This document shows positions 39,536 through 52,570 of a stretch of DNA of 64,000 nt, one piece after another. The position numbers and the translations under genes were made by a program. This stretch comes from Nemertoderma westbladi (taxonomy: Eukaryota; Animalia; Xenacoelomorpha), in NCBI GenBank assembly GCA_032718475.1, contig JAUCBJ010006911.1:21845-85844 (forward strand), read 5' to 3'. Position 1 is the first letter of the stretch, and every line of letters begins with the position of its first letter. The notes beneath the pieces were generated by a model. It saw nothing but the letters and a program-made list of their open reading frames with translations. It had not been told where the DNA came from and searched no databases.

Positions 39536-39649
39536 TACGATGGTGACGGAGCTATAGATGTTCTATTGACGGCAAACCAACGTAGTTACTATCAAACTAT
39601 TAGAAGACTTAGTGTTAAAAAACCTAGGAAACATATTCAAAGGCCAAAG
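39536..39649 (+). CDS. Nav2: Nav2 DIII-DIV linker exon, alternative C (YDGDGAIDVLLTANQRSYYQTIRRLSVKKPRKHIQRPK), gate motif VLL
   Basis: cacag acceptor after a pyrimidine-rich tract, gtaatc donor, 114 nt, phase 0/0; LT-x-x-Q-x-x-YY...KKP.K.I.RP. Confidence 0.92.
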
Positions 39650-41296
39650 GTAATCGGAAACTACTAATTATAGAAGCATGTTGTATAGAAGATGTTTGTT
39701 TATTGTGTACTGAATAGTTTACATTATACAGTATAATATACCAACAGTTCTCTGGTAGACATATATCTCATATAAGAGAATCCTTAGGGTCTGTAGGCCT
39801 ACAGGTATAGACTTTATGTTTAATAATAAATTATTTAATGAATGAAGTCGTTAGTTATTATTAATTGTTATTAATGTGAATCCTGAGTCAGAATCGATTC
39901 TGAAAGTAGATGCATTTAAGGATATATTCTACTGCATGCGGAAAATGAGTTACTTGTACTGTAGGTTAGCTTTAGGAATAGTTTTAAATAAGCGTTTATA
40001 TGCATTTAGAAAAGTTATCACAATGTAATATTTCAGATGAACCATTCAATCATGGTGACGTAGACCACTGACATGAACATTCAGTGTATTTTTGTTTCAT
40101 ATTATATCCATATTTCATATCATATATCGTCCATATTATATATTATTGCGCAAATTGATTTGAATGAAGTCAAATGAGTTTGTCATGAAGACAACAAGTT
40201 ACAAAGAAACTAAATGGGGCGTTTGTTATAAAATAGAATGAGTAAATCTCAATTAACTAATTCACATTAACTACAGTTGAACATAATACTAACTACTGTA
40301 CAAACAATACAAAATCTACTGTAGGAATACTGTAGAACTGTATACAATGAATATTGGTGTGATATTGTCAAAATAATAATTAAAAATTCATTACTACTGT
40401 AATACTAGGATTATTTATTTTGCATTATGCGGAATTCGCACTTATATTCTTCCAACGATATTCTGCCTTGAGGTTTCATTGGTTTTTGAGTTTTGTTCTC
40501 AACCTTTTTTGTAATCTTAAAATAAATTAAATAAATTAAAATATTACAAAAATGTTAAATTTCATATTATTTCGTTATTACTGGATACAGGGATTGGTGA
40601 GTTAAGAATTCATAATTCGTTGACGCTTTCATTTTTCTATTTTCTGTTTTTTGCTTCGCTTTCTTGTTTTTGTTATTATTTCCGTTTGGTTTTTATTTCC
40701 GTTTGGTTTTTATTGTACTGTTTATGGTGATTTGTTTCTTAAAAGTTTGTTTCTCCGTAGCTGATTAAGTCACGTACAAATATCAAACTTAATATACAGT
40801 CTTGGTACAAATAGTTGTGGACTGTATTGTAAAATATTATTATCGCCGTAATTCTATTTAATTTCAGTATTATACTGCTTTCACTTTGCATGGTAAACTT
40901 TTTTCAAGCATTAGACACGTTTTAGCAGAGGCATGGCTTTACTGCTTGCAAGAAAAACGAATGTACATAAATTATTTTGAACTTTTTATTTTTCAAGCAA
41001 ACCATGTCTGCATAATGTCCTATATTATTATAAAATTAGCTATTTTATAAGCAAATAATTACAATAAGTGGGGTACATCGAAACCTTGAAACATCTCTTG
41101 AACCTGCCTAACAGCTACAACCGCCTCACTACAATGCCTTCTATAAATTCCTCTATTATTATCTTTAATTTCTAGAATAACTATTAAATTAAATTTAAAA
41201 CAGTATTGACAATACATATGGAAAAATATCTTGCAAAATATAGTCTTTACTTCTGCAGATTTTCTCGACGTGTTTGGGAGTGATAGTTCGACGTCT

Positions 41297-42080
41297 CCGT
41301 CAGCGGCCTAACGTCAGTAATATGTATTTACCTGTCCGTCAGCGGCCTAACGTCAGTAATATGTATTTACCTGTCCGACAGCGGCGTAACGTCAGTAATA
41401 TGTATTTACCTGTCCGACAGCGGCGTAACGTCAGTAATATGTATTTACCTGTCCGTCAGCGGCCTAACGTCAGTAATATGTATTTACCTGTCCGTCAGCG
41501 GCCTAACGTCAGTAATATGTATTTACCTGTCCGTCAGCGGCCTAACGTCAGTAATATGTATTTACCTGTCCGTCAGCGGCCTAACGTCAGTAATATGTAT
41601 TTACCTGTCCGTCAGCGGCCTAACGTCAGTAATATGTATTTACCTGTCCGTCAGCGGCCTAACGTCAGTAATATGTATTTACCTGTCCGTCAGCGGCCTA
41701 ACGTCAGTAATATGTATTTACCTGTCCGTCAGCGGCCTAACGTCAGTAATATGTATTTACCTGTCCGTCAGCGGCCTAACGTCAGTAATATGTATTTACC
41801 TGTCCGTCAGCGGCCTAACGTCAGTAATATGTATTTACCTGTCCGTCAGCGGCCTAACGTCAGTAATATGTATTTACCTGTCCGTCAGCGGCCTAACGTC
41901 AGTAATATGTATTTACCTGTCCGTCAGCGGCCTAACGTCAGTAATATGTATTTACCTGTCCGTCAGCGGCCTAACGTCAGTAATATGTATTTACCTGTCC
42001 GTCAGTGGCCTAACGTCAGTAATATGTATTTACCTGTCCGTCAGCGGCCTAACGTCAGTAATATGTATTTATTTACCTGT
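41297..42080 (+). repeat. 39-bp minisatellite, about 20 copies, directly upstream of the DIV S1 exon
   Basis: Unit ccgtcagcggcctaacgtcagtaatatgtatttacctgt. Confidence 0.95.
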
Positions 42081-42115
42081 TTATAACTATATCTTATTCA
42101 AATGTTCATTCACAG

Positions 42116-42247
42116 AATAAATTACTGGCTGCATTTTTTGATATCAGTATGTCATCGAAATTCGAGATAGCAATAATTATTGTGATCCTGATGAATACAG
42201 TTACCTTGGCAGTGAACCACTACGGCATGGATAAATCCTTTGAAGAT
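42116..42247 (+). CDS. Nav2: Nav2 exon: end of linker and DIV S1 (NKLLAAFFDISMSSKFEIAIIIVILMNTVTLAVNHYGMDKSFED)
   Basis: cacag acceptor, gttagt donor, 132 nt, phase 0/0; FD...KFE...I..N...HY pattern. Not in the ORF track. Confidence 0.93.
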
Positions 42248-42459
42248 GTTAGTACCGAATACTTAAAATAAATAGCTGGGGGGGGGGGGGGGGGGGGGGC
42301 TATGTGTAACTATTTGATAATAATACTGACAATACCTTCCTTCAACACACCCCTTATCCACCCAGTAGACCCTCTCTTTGGAATGCCGACCGTATCAAGG
42401 CAAAATCGTAGGTACAGGTAGTTATCGTCACGAGTTCAAATGGGGCGGGGGCCATCAGG

Positions 42460-43060
42460 TGGCAGCCGTCTCAGGGCTCAGCAAACAGCCGCACCATGCA
42501 GCCGCTCATGGCTCAGTAAATAGCCGCACCATGCAGCCGTCTCATGGCTCAGCAAACAGCCGCACCATACAGTCGTCTCAGGGCTCAGCAAACAGCCGCA
42601 CCATGCAGTCGTCTCAGCAAACAGCCGCACCATGCAGTCGTCTTAGCAAACAGCCGCACCATGCAGCCGTCTCAGCCAACAGCCGCACCATGCAGCCGTC
42701 TCAGCAAACAGCCGCACCATGCAGCCGTCTCAGCAAACAGCCGCACCATGCAGCCGTCTCAGCAAACAGCCGCACCATGCAGCAGTCTCAGCAAACAGCC
42801 GCACCATGCAGTCGTCTCAGCAAACAGCCGCACTATGCAGCCGTCTCAGCCAACAGCCGCACCATGCAGCCGTCTCAGCAAACAGCCGCACCATGCAGCT
42901 GTCTCAGGGCTCAGCAAACAGCCGCACCATGCAGCCGTCTCAGGGCTCAGCAAACAGCCGCACCATGCAGCCGTCTCAGGGCTCAGCAAACAGCCGCACC
43001 ATGCAGCCGTCACAGGGCTCAGCAAACAGCCGCACCATGCAGCCGTCTCAGCAAACAGCC
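42460..43060. repeat. 29/36-bp minisatellite (cagcaaacagccgcaccatgcagccgtct[cagggct])
   Basis: Visible periodicity with two unit lengths. Confidence 0.92.
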
Positions 43061-43789
43061 TCCATTATCTTACGGCTAGTTGCGGTATAAGGTTTGACGT
43101 AGTTTCGAAAATTGTTTCGTGTGATTTTGATGTATACCGGTACTACTAACAATTAATTAACAACTATAAAGTTGACTTACATATAATTGTTAAGCAAGAA
43201 GAAAAACACATACCGTTAGGTATTTAAAACAAAAGCATTAAACTAAATACAAATCGTGAGCAGTTTAGTTGCACGTAAAAGCTTGAGATGCATTACAATA
43301 GCTCGAGCCAGCCCATCATTAATAAGCAGAAACGTGATTGGCGTAGGCCTTTTTGTCAAGCTTAGTAAATTGTTAGTTAGGCAGACATCCACTTCATAGT
43401 TTTATAGTACATGTTTCTTCTCCCTTTGGATCTTTACTCGTGACACCCTGATAGGAGCCCCTTATGGGGCTAAACGTCCTGTTTGATTACATCTAATCTG
43501 GTCACAGTTACTTTTTTAGTTCAAAGTAAAAATATTATAAATAGAATAGTTGACTAGGTCGATCTCTCTCGACCTAGTATAGTACTTTTTAGTTATGTTT
43601 TTTTACATTCATACCGGAATTAATTGAACAATTTATAATTTCGTGTATTGATGAACTCAGATACTTAATATACAATATACATGGATCAATATGTTTTGGC
43701 AGTGGACTTTATTTTATCAAATCGTTTTTTTTAACGTAACGGAATATATTTCTAGTTAGTAAGAACGGTATGTTTTATGTTTATTCCAG

Positions 43790-43928
43790 GTACTCAGAAT
43801 ATTTAACATTATATTCACTGTAATATATTGTCTCGAAGCGGCTCTGAAAATAATCGGATTACGTCATCAGTATTTCCTAATCCCTTGGAATGTCTTTGAC
43901 TTCGTAATTGTTATATTCTCTGTAGCCG
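43790..43928 (+). CDS. Nav2: Nav2 exon: DIV S2-S3 (VLRIFNIIFTVIYCLEAALKIIGLRHQYFLIPWNVFDFVIVIFSVA)
   Basis: ttccag acceptor, gttagt donor, 139 nt, phase 0/1; LE...K..GLR..YF..PWNVFDF. Confidence 0.95.
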
Positions 43929-44289
43929 GTTAGTGTTCAATTATTGTATTTAGAATTTGGATAATTTAATCTCCATCTATTTGGTTAACAACATTTAGCT
44001 TTGTGTGAATGGAAGAGGTTGAAGGAAGAAAGTTGAGGTGTATTTTTTTATTTATCTACACCTCGTTGTTATTTTCAAGTATTCGTTTAAAATAAAATCA
44101 AGTATTTGATTTAGTTGACTGTAGGCCCTATAACTGTTTTTAGATTACACAGCAACTGGCTATAGGGGTATAAAATTTTGTTTGTTTTTTGATTGTGGTT
44201 GTAATATCTTAATATTTTGTTTAAACCCTGCTAAGTTGCTTTAATATACGTAATACCCTGTAAAAAAATAAAGTATATCAATCACTGGG

Positions 44290-47200
44290 AAAAGGCGTAG
44301 GCCTATTATATTATACTGGACTAAGGCGTAGGCCTATTATATTATAATGGGCTAAGGCGTAGGCCTATTATATTATAATGGGCTAAGGCTGTAAGGCATT
44401 ATATTATACTGGACTAAGGCGTAGGCCTATTATATTATACTGGACTAAGGCTGTAAGGCATTATATTATACTGGACTAAGGCGTAGGCCTATTATATTAT
44501 ACTGGACTAAGGCTGTAAGGCATTATATTATACTGGACTAAGGCGTAGGCCTATTATATCATACTGGACTAAGGCTGTAAGGCATTATATTATACTGGAC
44601 TAAGGCGTAGGCCTATTATATTATACTGGACTAAGGCTGTAAGGCATTATATTATACTGGACTAAGGCGTAGGCCTATTATATCATACTGGACTAAGGCT
44701 GTAAGGCATTATATTATACTGGACTAAGGCGTAGGCCTATTATATTATAATGGGCTAAGGCGTAGGCCTATTATATTATAATGGACTAAGGCGTGTAGGC
44801 CTATTATATTATACAGGTCTAAGGCGTAGGCCTATTATATTATACTGGACTAAGGCGTAGGCCTATTATATTATACTGGGCTAAGGCGTAGGTCTATTAT
44901 ATTATACTGGGCTAAGGCGTAGGCCAAGTATATTATAATGGGCTAAGGCTGTAAGGCGTAGGCCTATTATATTATAGTGGACTAAGGCGTGTAGGCCTAT
45001 TATATTATACAGGACTAAGGCGTAGGCCTATTATATTATACAGGACTAAGGCTGTAAGGCATTATATTATACTGGACTAAGGCGTAGGCCTATTATATTA
45101 TACTGGGCTAAGGCTGTAAGGCATTATATTATACTGGACTAAGGCGTAGGCCTATTATATTATACTGGACTAAGGCGTAGGCCTATTATATTATACAGGA
45201 CTAAGGCTGTAAGGCATTATATTATACTGGACTAAGGCGTAGGCCTATTATATTATACTGGGCTAAGGCTGTAAGGCATTATATTATACTGGACTAAGGC
45301 GTAGGCCTATTATATTATACTGGACTAAGGCGTAGGCCTATTATATTATACAGGACTAAGGCGTAGGCCTATTATATTATACAGGACTAAGGCTGTAAGG
45401 CATTATATTATACTGGACTAAGGCGTAGGCCTATTATATTATACAGGACTAAGGCTGTAAGGCATTATATTATACTGGACTAAGGCGTAGGCCTATTATA
45501 TTATACTGGACTAAGGCTGTAAGGCATTATATTATACTGGACTAAGGCGTAGGCCTATTATATTATACTGGACTAAGGCTGTAAGGCATTATATTATACT
45601 GGACTAAGGCGTAGGCCTATTATATTATACTGGAGTAAGGCGTAGGTCTATTATATTATACTGGATTAAGGCGTAGGCCTATTATATTATACTGGAGTAA
45701 GGCGTAGGTCTATTATATTATACTGGACTAAGGCGTAGGCCTATTATATTATAATGGGCTAAGGCTGTAAGACGTAGGCCTATTATATTATAGTGGACTA
45801 AGGCGTGTAGGCCTATTATATTATACTGGGCTAAGGCGTATAGGCCTATTATATTATAATGGGCTAAGGCTGTAAGACGTAGGCCTATTATATTATAGTG
45901 GACTAAGGCGTGTAGGCCTATTATATTATAGTGGACTAAGGCGTGTAGGCCTATTATATTATACTGGACTAAGGCGTATAGGCCTATTATATTATACTGG
46001 GCTAAGGCGTAGGCCTATTATATTATACTGGGCTAAGGCGTAGGTCTATTATATTATAATGGACTAAGGCGTGTAGGCCTATTATATTATACAGGTCTAA
46101 GGCGTAGGCCTATTATATTATACTGGAGTAAGGCGTAGGTCTATTATATTATACTGGACTAAGGCTGTAAGGCATTATGTTATACTGGACTAAGATGTAG
46201 GCCTATTATATTATACAGGTCTAAGGCATGTAGGCCTATTATATTATACTGGGCTAAGGCGTAGACCTATTATATTATACTGGAGTAAGGCGTAGGTCTA
46301 TTATATTATAATGGACTAAGGCGTGTAGGCCTATTATATTATACAGGTCTAAGGCGTGTAGGCCTATTATATTATACTGGAGTAAGGCGTAGGTCTATTA
46401 TATTATACTGGACTAAGGCTGTAAGGCATTATGTTATACTGGACTAAGATGTAGGCCTATTATATTATACTGGGCTAAGGCGTAGGCCAAGTATATTATA
46501 CTGGGCTAAGGCTGTAAGGCGTAGGCCTATTATATTATAATGGGCTAAGGCTGTAAGGCGTAGGCCTATTATATTATAGTGGACTAAGGCGTGTAGGCCT
46601 ATTATATTATACTGGGCTAAGGCGTGTAGGCCTATTATATTATACTGGAGTAAGGCGTAGGTCTATTATATTATACTGGACTAAGGCTGTAAGGCATTAT
46701 GTTATACTGGACTAAGATGTAGGCCTATTATATTATACTGGGCTAAGGCGTAGGCCAAGTATATTATACTGGGCTAAGGCTGTAAGGCGTAGGCCTATTA
46801 TATTATAATGGGCTAAGGCTGTAAGGCGTAGGCCTATTATATTATAGTGGACTAAGGCGTGTAGGCCTATTATATTATACTGGGCTAAGGCGTGTAGGCC
46901 TATTATATTATACTGGAGTAAGGCGTAGGTCTATTATATTATACTGGATTAAGGCGTGGGCCTATTATATTATACAGGACTAAGGCTGTAAGGCATTATA
47001 TTATACTGGACTAAGGCGTAGGCCTATTATATTATACTGGGCTAAGGCTGTAAGGCGTAGGCCTATTATATTATAATGGGCTAAGGCTGTAAGGCGTAGG
47101 CCTATTATATTATAGTGGACTAAGGCGTGTAGGCCTATTATATTATACTGGAGTAAGGCGTAGGTCTATTATATTATACTGGATTAAGGCGTAGGCCTAT

Positions 47201-49393
47201 TATATTATAATGGGCTAAGGCTGTAAGGCGTAGGCCTATTATATTATAATGGGCTAAGGCATGTAGGCCTATTATATTATACTGGACTAAGGCGTGTAGG
47301 CCTATTATATTATACTGGGCTAAGGCGTGTAGGCCTATTATATTATACTGGAGTAAGGCGTAGGTCTATTATATTATACTGGATTAAGGCGTAGGCCTAT
47401 TATATTATAATGGGCTAAGGCTGTAAGGCGTAGGCCTATTATATTATAATGGGCTAAGGCATGTAGGCCTATTATATTATACTGGACTAAGGCTGTAAGG
47501 CGTAGGTCTATTATACTATAGTGGACTAAGGCTGTAAGGCGTAGGCCTTTTATATTATACTGGACTAAGGCTGTAAGGCGTTGGCCTATTATATTATACT
47601 GGGCTAAGGCGTGTAGGCCTATTATATTATACTGGAGTAAGGCGTAGGTCTATTATATTATACTGGACTAAGGCGTAGGCCTATTATATTATACTGGGCT
47701 AAGGCTGTAAGGCGTAGGCCTATTATATTATAATGGGCTAAGGCTGTAAGGCGTAGGCCTATTATATTATAGTGGACTAAGGCGTATAGGCCTATTATAT
47801 TATACTGGGCTAAGGCGTAGGCCTATTATATTATACTGGAGTAAGGCGTAGGTCTATTATATTATACTGGACTAAGGCGTAGGCCTATTATATTAAATGG
47901 GCTAAGGCTGTAAGGCGTAGGCCTATTATATTATACTGGGCTAAGGCTGTAAGGCGTAGGCCTATTATATTATACTGGGCTAAGGCTGTAAGGCGTAGGC
48001 CTATTATATTATAATGGGCTAAGGCTGTAAGGCGTAGGCCTATTATATTATAATGGGCTAAGGCTGTAAGGCGTAGGCCTATTATATTATAGTGGACTAA
48101 GGCGTATAGGCCTATTATATTATACTGGGCTAAGGCGTAGGCCTATTATATTATACTGGGCTAAGGCTGTAAGGCGTAGGCCTATTATATTATAATGGGC
48201 TAAGGCTGTAAGGCGTAGGCCTATTATATTATAATGGGCTAAGGCTGTAAGGCGTAGGCCTATTATATTATAATGGGCTAAGGCTGTAAGGCGTAGGCCT
48301 ATTATATTATAGTGACTAAGGCGTATAGGCCTATTATATTATACTGGGCTAAGGCGTAGGCCTATTATATTATACTGGACTAAGGCTGTAAGGCATTATA
48401 TTATACTGGACTAAGGCGTAGGCCTATTATATTATACTGGGCTAAGGCTGTAAGGCGTAGGTCTATTATATTATACTGGACTAAGGCTGTAAGGCATTAT
48501 ATTATACTGGACTAAGGCGTATAGGCCTATTATATTATACTGGGCTAAGGCGTAGGCCTATTATATTATACTGGGCTAAGGCTGTAAGGCGTAGGCCTAT
48601 TATATTATACTGGGCTAAGGCTGTAAGGCGTAGGCCTATTATATTATAATGGGCTAAGGCTGTAAGGCGTAGGCCTATTATATTATAGTGGACTAAGGCG
48701 TGTAGGCCTATTATATTATACTGGGCTAAGGCGTAGGTCTATTATATTATACTGGACTAAGGCGTAGGCCTATTATATTATAATGGGCTAAGGTGTGTAG
48801 GCCTATTATATTATACAGGTCTAAGGCGTAGGCCTATTATATTATAATGGGCTAAGGCTGTAAGGCGTAGGCCTATTATATTATACTGGGCTAAGGCTGT
48901 AAGGCGTAGGCCTATTATATTATACTGGGCTAAGGCTGTAAGGCGTAGGCCTATTATATTATAATGGGCTAAGGCTGTAAGGCGTAGGCCTATTATATTA
49001 TAGTGGACTAAGGCGTGTAGGCCTATTATATTATACTGGGCTAAGGCGTAGGCCTATTATATTATACTGGGCTAAGGCGTGTAGGCCTATTATATTATAC
49101 TGGAGTAAGGCGTAGGTCTATTATATTATACTGGACTAAGGCGTAGGCCTATTATATTATAATGGGCTAAGGCGTGTAGGCTTATTATATTATAATGGGC
49201 TAAGGCGTAGGCCTATTATATTATAATGGGCTAAGGCTGTAAGGCGTAGGCCTATTATATTATACTGGGCTAAGGCGTGTAGGCCTATTATATTATACAG
49301 GTCTAAGGCGTGTAGGTCTATTATATTATACTGGACTAAGGCTGTAAGGCATTATATTATACTGGACTAAGGCGTAGGCCTATTATATTATAA
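44290..49393. repeat. ~31-40-bp variable minisatellite (ggactaaggcgtaggcctattatattatact)
   Basis: 5-kb array with interspersed unit variants; a lone unit lies at about 51400-51450. Confidence 0.95.
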
Positions 49394-49533
49394 ATAATTG
49401 GGTGGATAAAGGGTCTTCTTTTCCGCTAATTTAAATAAATGGTGATTACTGATGCATTTCTCCCTTAACGGGCTTCTTAAGAGTGATTTAAAATAAAAAT
49501 AAAAACACACAACGGCAACCGCAACCGCAACCG

Positions 49534-50380
49534 GTATCTAGCTACTAAGTCAGTATTACATTCTTAATATTAAATCTTAAATTATTAAAGTCAGCTATTC
49601 AAATTTCCCTCCAAATGTGCATGAAACTAAACGCAAAGGAATACAAATGAAATAACTGATTTTAAATGAATTACACCATAACTACAACAATTATTATTAC
49701 TATTAATAGTAATAATTAATATATTATTATTATATTATTATATTAAGAATACTAATTAATTATTAATTAATATAATATTATTATATTTAAATATAATAAT
49801 TAATTTGGGGTTAAAAATTGAAGTTGGCTTGAAGCCAAAATTTATTGTCTACGTTGCTGAGTAATTATTAATTAACTACAAATTGTCGAGTAATTAGTAT
49901 TGTAAACATTAATAGTAATAATATTTGAGATCCAATATCAATGCAATAAACGTTAATTACCAAATATGAACAAAACCACTGCTCAGCTCAATAGTGTCAA
50001 GTATTCATTTACCGTGGTATTAACAATAAACAATGTGTGTACAGACAACATACTATTAAAACTAACTACAGTAGTTAATTAGGAAATGTTTATAGTAGTG
50101 AAGGGAGTCCGGAAACATTCGGAAATTTACTAATTTTTGGGACTTGTAATTAATTATTATTGATCGACGAAAAATAATTGATATGTAAACCAGTAAACCA
50201 ATTTGCCCCGATTGGGGGCGTATCTTTAATATAAAAATAGTAATAATATTTGCTGTAGTTATGGAGTAATTCATTTAAATTTAGTTATTTCATTTGTATT
50301 CCTTTGCGTTTAGTTTCATGCACATTTGGAGGGAAATTTGAATAGCATACAGTAGTAATACTGACTTAGTAGCTAGATAC
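49534..50380. mobile_element. MITE-like element with ~150-bp terminal inverted repeats
   Basis: gtatctagctactaagtcagtattac / gtaatactgacttagtagctagatac, and gctattcaaatttccctccaaatgtgcatgaaac paired with its reverse complement; AT-rich core. Confidence 0.8.
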
Positions 50381-50453
50381 TACTACTAGGATCGGCATGC
50401 TGCATTGCAGCTGCATTTTTAAGAATGCTGTGCCGGCTTATCGACAAAATTGC
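50381..50453 (-). mobile_element. Extreme 3' end of the RTE LINE
   Basis: tactactaggatcggcatgctgcattgcagc is identical to the 33766 end. Confidence 0.8.
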
Positions 50454-50823
50454 TTTTAGATTTATTACTCTGTTAAATTTGTAATCAAAGTAAAACACGG
50501 TACTAAGGCCTAGTTTTTAAATTTAATAAATTTAATTAAAATTTAATTAAAATTTAATAAAAATCGTCATCCGAGCGGGTATGTTGGTACTCTAAAAAAA
50601 AAAAATTTATCAGTCAATTTCAGTTGTTCCGTATATTTTATCAGTCCGTTGTTCCGCATATTTTATCAGTCAGAGTTATTCCACATATTGCAACATCGAC
50701 ATCGACGAATACACCAATTATTTAAATTGAATAACTCACCCTCATCTACTATTGAATAAGATACCCATTAATGATATTCCTTATATATTAATATTAATTA
50801 AGTTGTATTTGAAAATATTCATA

Positions 50824-51340
50824 TGTGGGGCGAGCCACGAAGTTGGCGGAGCCTTAGCGAATTGACACTGTTAGGGGGTGGGTCAATTTATGCAAATAGT
50901 TGTCGTCGTCGTTGTCGTCGTCGTCGTCGTCGTTGTCGTCGTCGTCGTCGTTACGATTTTGACATGCTAATAACTTTGTCGGATTTAAAGCTGCCAAGTT
51001 GAAAATTTGTAGGTATCAATATGAGCAAAAGTTGAGATTTTTGAGAGACTTTCAGACACCATCAGTGCAATGGTCTCCCGCTAGAGGGCCACATGTCTAA
51101 ACATTAAATGCCCTCCCATTTCTTTGCTTTTAATCCGTTTAAGCTGAAACTTGGCAGATATGTATTAGACCATTAGCTGTGACTTTCAAAGGAGGCGAAT
51201 CCATCTGCAGTTCTCCAGTCTGCCGCTAGAGGGCCAACGTGACAACGACAACTATTTGCATAAATTGACCCACCCCCTAACAGTGTCAATTCGCTAAGGC
51301 TCTGCCAACTTCGTGCTGCGCGAAGTCCCCACTTCGTGTA
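50824..51340. mobile_element. Helentron/HINE (DINE-1-like) non-autonomous element
   Basis: ~75-bp subterminal inverted repeats, (GTC)n microsatellite, terminal mini-hairpin cacttcgtg; shares asymmetric ends with 57002-57609. Confidence 0.65.
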
Positions 51341-51756
51341 TGAATAAATACGTCTTCAATTTCAATGGCATCTTTCCGGGAGGCATGTCGTCTTACGTAA
51401 ATATTATATTATACTGGGCTACGGCGTGTAGGCCTAATATATTATATTTATATATGTTATACAATTTTACACTCGGATCGTAATGCTGAAAGGCGCTACA
51501 GTATTTTTCACACAATGAAATAAATAGTTAAAGATACCATATCGGTATAACTTTAGTATTATTATTACATTTTTGCTCTTTTGTCTTTTGAGTTTTATCT
51601 TTAGACGATAAGATCCTATTTATCATTTTCGGCCCTACATTTGTCGTTTAAATGTTTAAAGTAAGAGCTATTTAGAAGCTATTTTTATTTTTTCTATTTA
51701 ATTTGCAATTAATTAGTTAATTTTCAATTAAACGAATTAGAGGTTATTAAACAACT

Positions 51757-52030
51757 GTACTAGGATCGGCATGCTGCATTATATATATATTTCATATGTA
51801 TTAAGAATTCTGTGCCGGCTTGTCGACAAAATTGCGCCGCCACAACTCTCTATCACCCATGACATTTGCTAGATCATCCGCATCTTTAAGGCCAGTGTCC
51901 TTTAAGATGCGTCTCAAGAAAGTCATGGGCTGTCCACCATGCTTATTCACTCCATGAGGCCGCCAAAGTACAAGATTATGCACCGGCAGATATCCTGCAA
52001 ATCGGGGGCAGCTTTGTTATAGTGTCAACC
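51757..52030 (-). mobile_element. RTE LINE 3' fragment
   Basis: HNLVLW.PHG...RELWR matches the other copies. Confidence 0.82.
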
Positions 52031-52291
52031 TACTGTACTGGAACTAGGGAATCGGTGGATGTCTAAAAAAAAGAACTGAAATTCCGGGCATGAGGTAATA
52101 AAAGGTCGGACGCGATGAAACAAATGGCTGTGAAATAAAATAAAAAACTATAAAAACACTTGAGTTCGTGAAAAAAAATAAAAATAAAAGTCAAAAAAAT
52201 AAAAGTAATAATTAAAAGTAATATAAAATAAAAATAAAATAAAATAAAAAGGCTCTGTGTGCTAATCAGAGAGAGAACCTCGTAGAGACCT

Positions 52292-52570
52292 TCAGATAGG
52301 ACAGGTGGCTTGTTCCAAGGATGGAGGCCGTGTTACCGAGGAGTTAATGAATGCCGTCGTCTCGGGGCCAGGGCGACCGAGGGTCTCGAAGGCAACAGGG
52401 TAGAAGGAGTACCCTCGGTCAATCAGTTCCTGCCGAGTCTTTTGGGATTCTGCCTGCTCAACGACACGGCCTCCAGCCAACGCAGTCTGGGCGAGGTGGT
52501 TGGGCGCGAGCGGGTCCACGATGGTTGTGTCCCACACATTAGCACGTCCGCGGCTCCACGGGACTAGTGT
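52292..52570 (-). mobile_element. CRE-like retrotransposon endonuclease fragment (second family)
   Basis: WDTTIVDPLA...AE..K...FYPVAFETLG motif. Confidence 0.7.

Noticed and set aside
40868-40990. Open stretch after atttcag starting YYTA, as a further linker exon
   Set aside because: No LT-x-x-Q or KKP/RP motifs and no in-phase donor.
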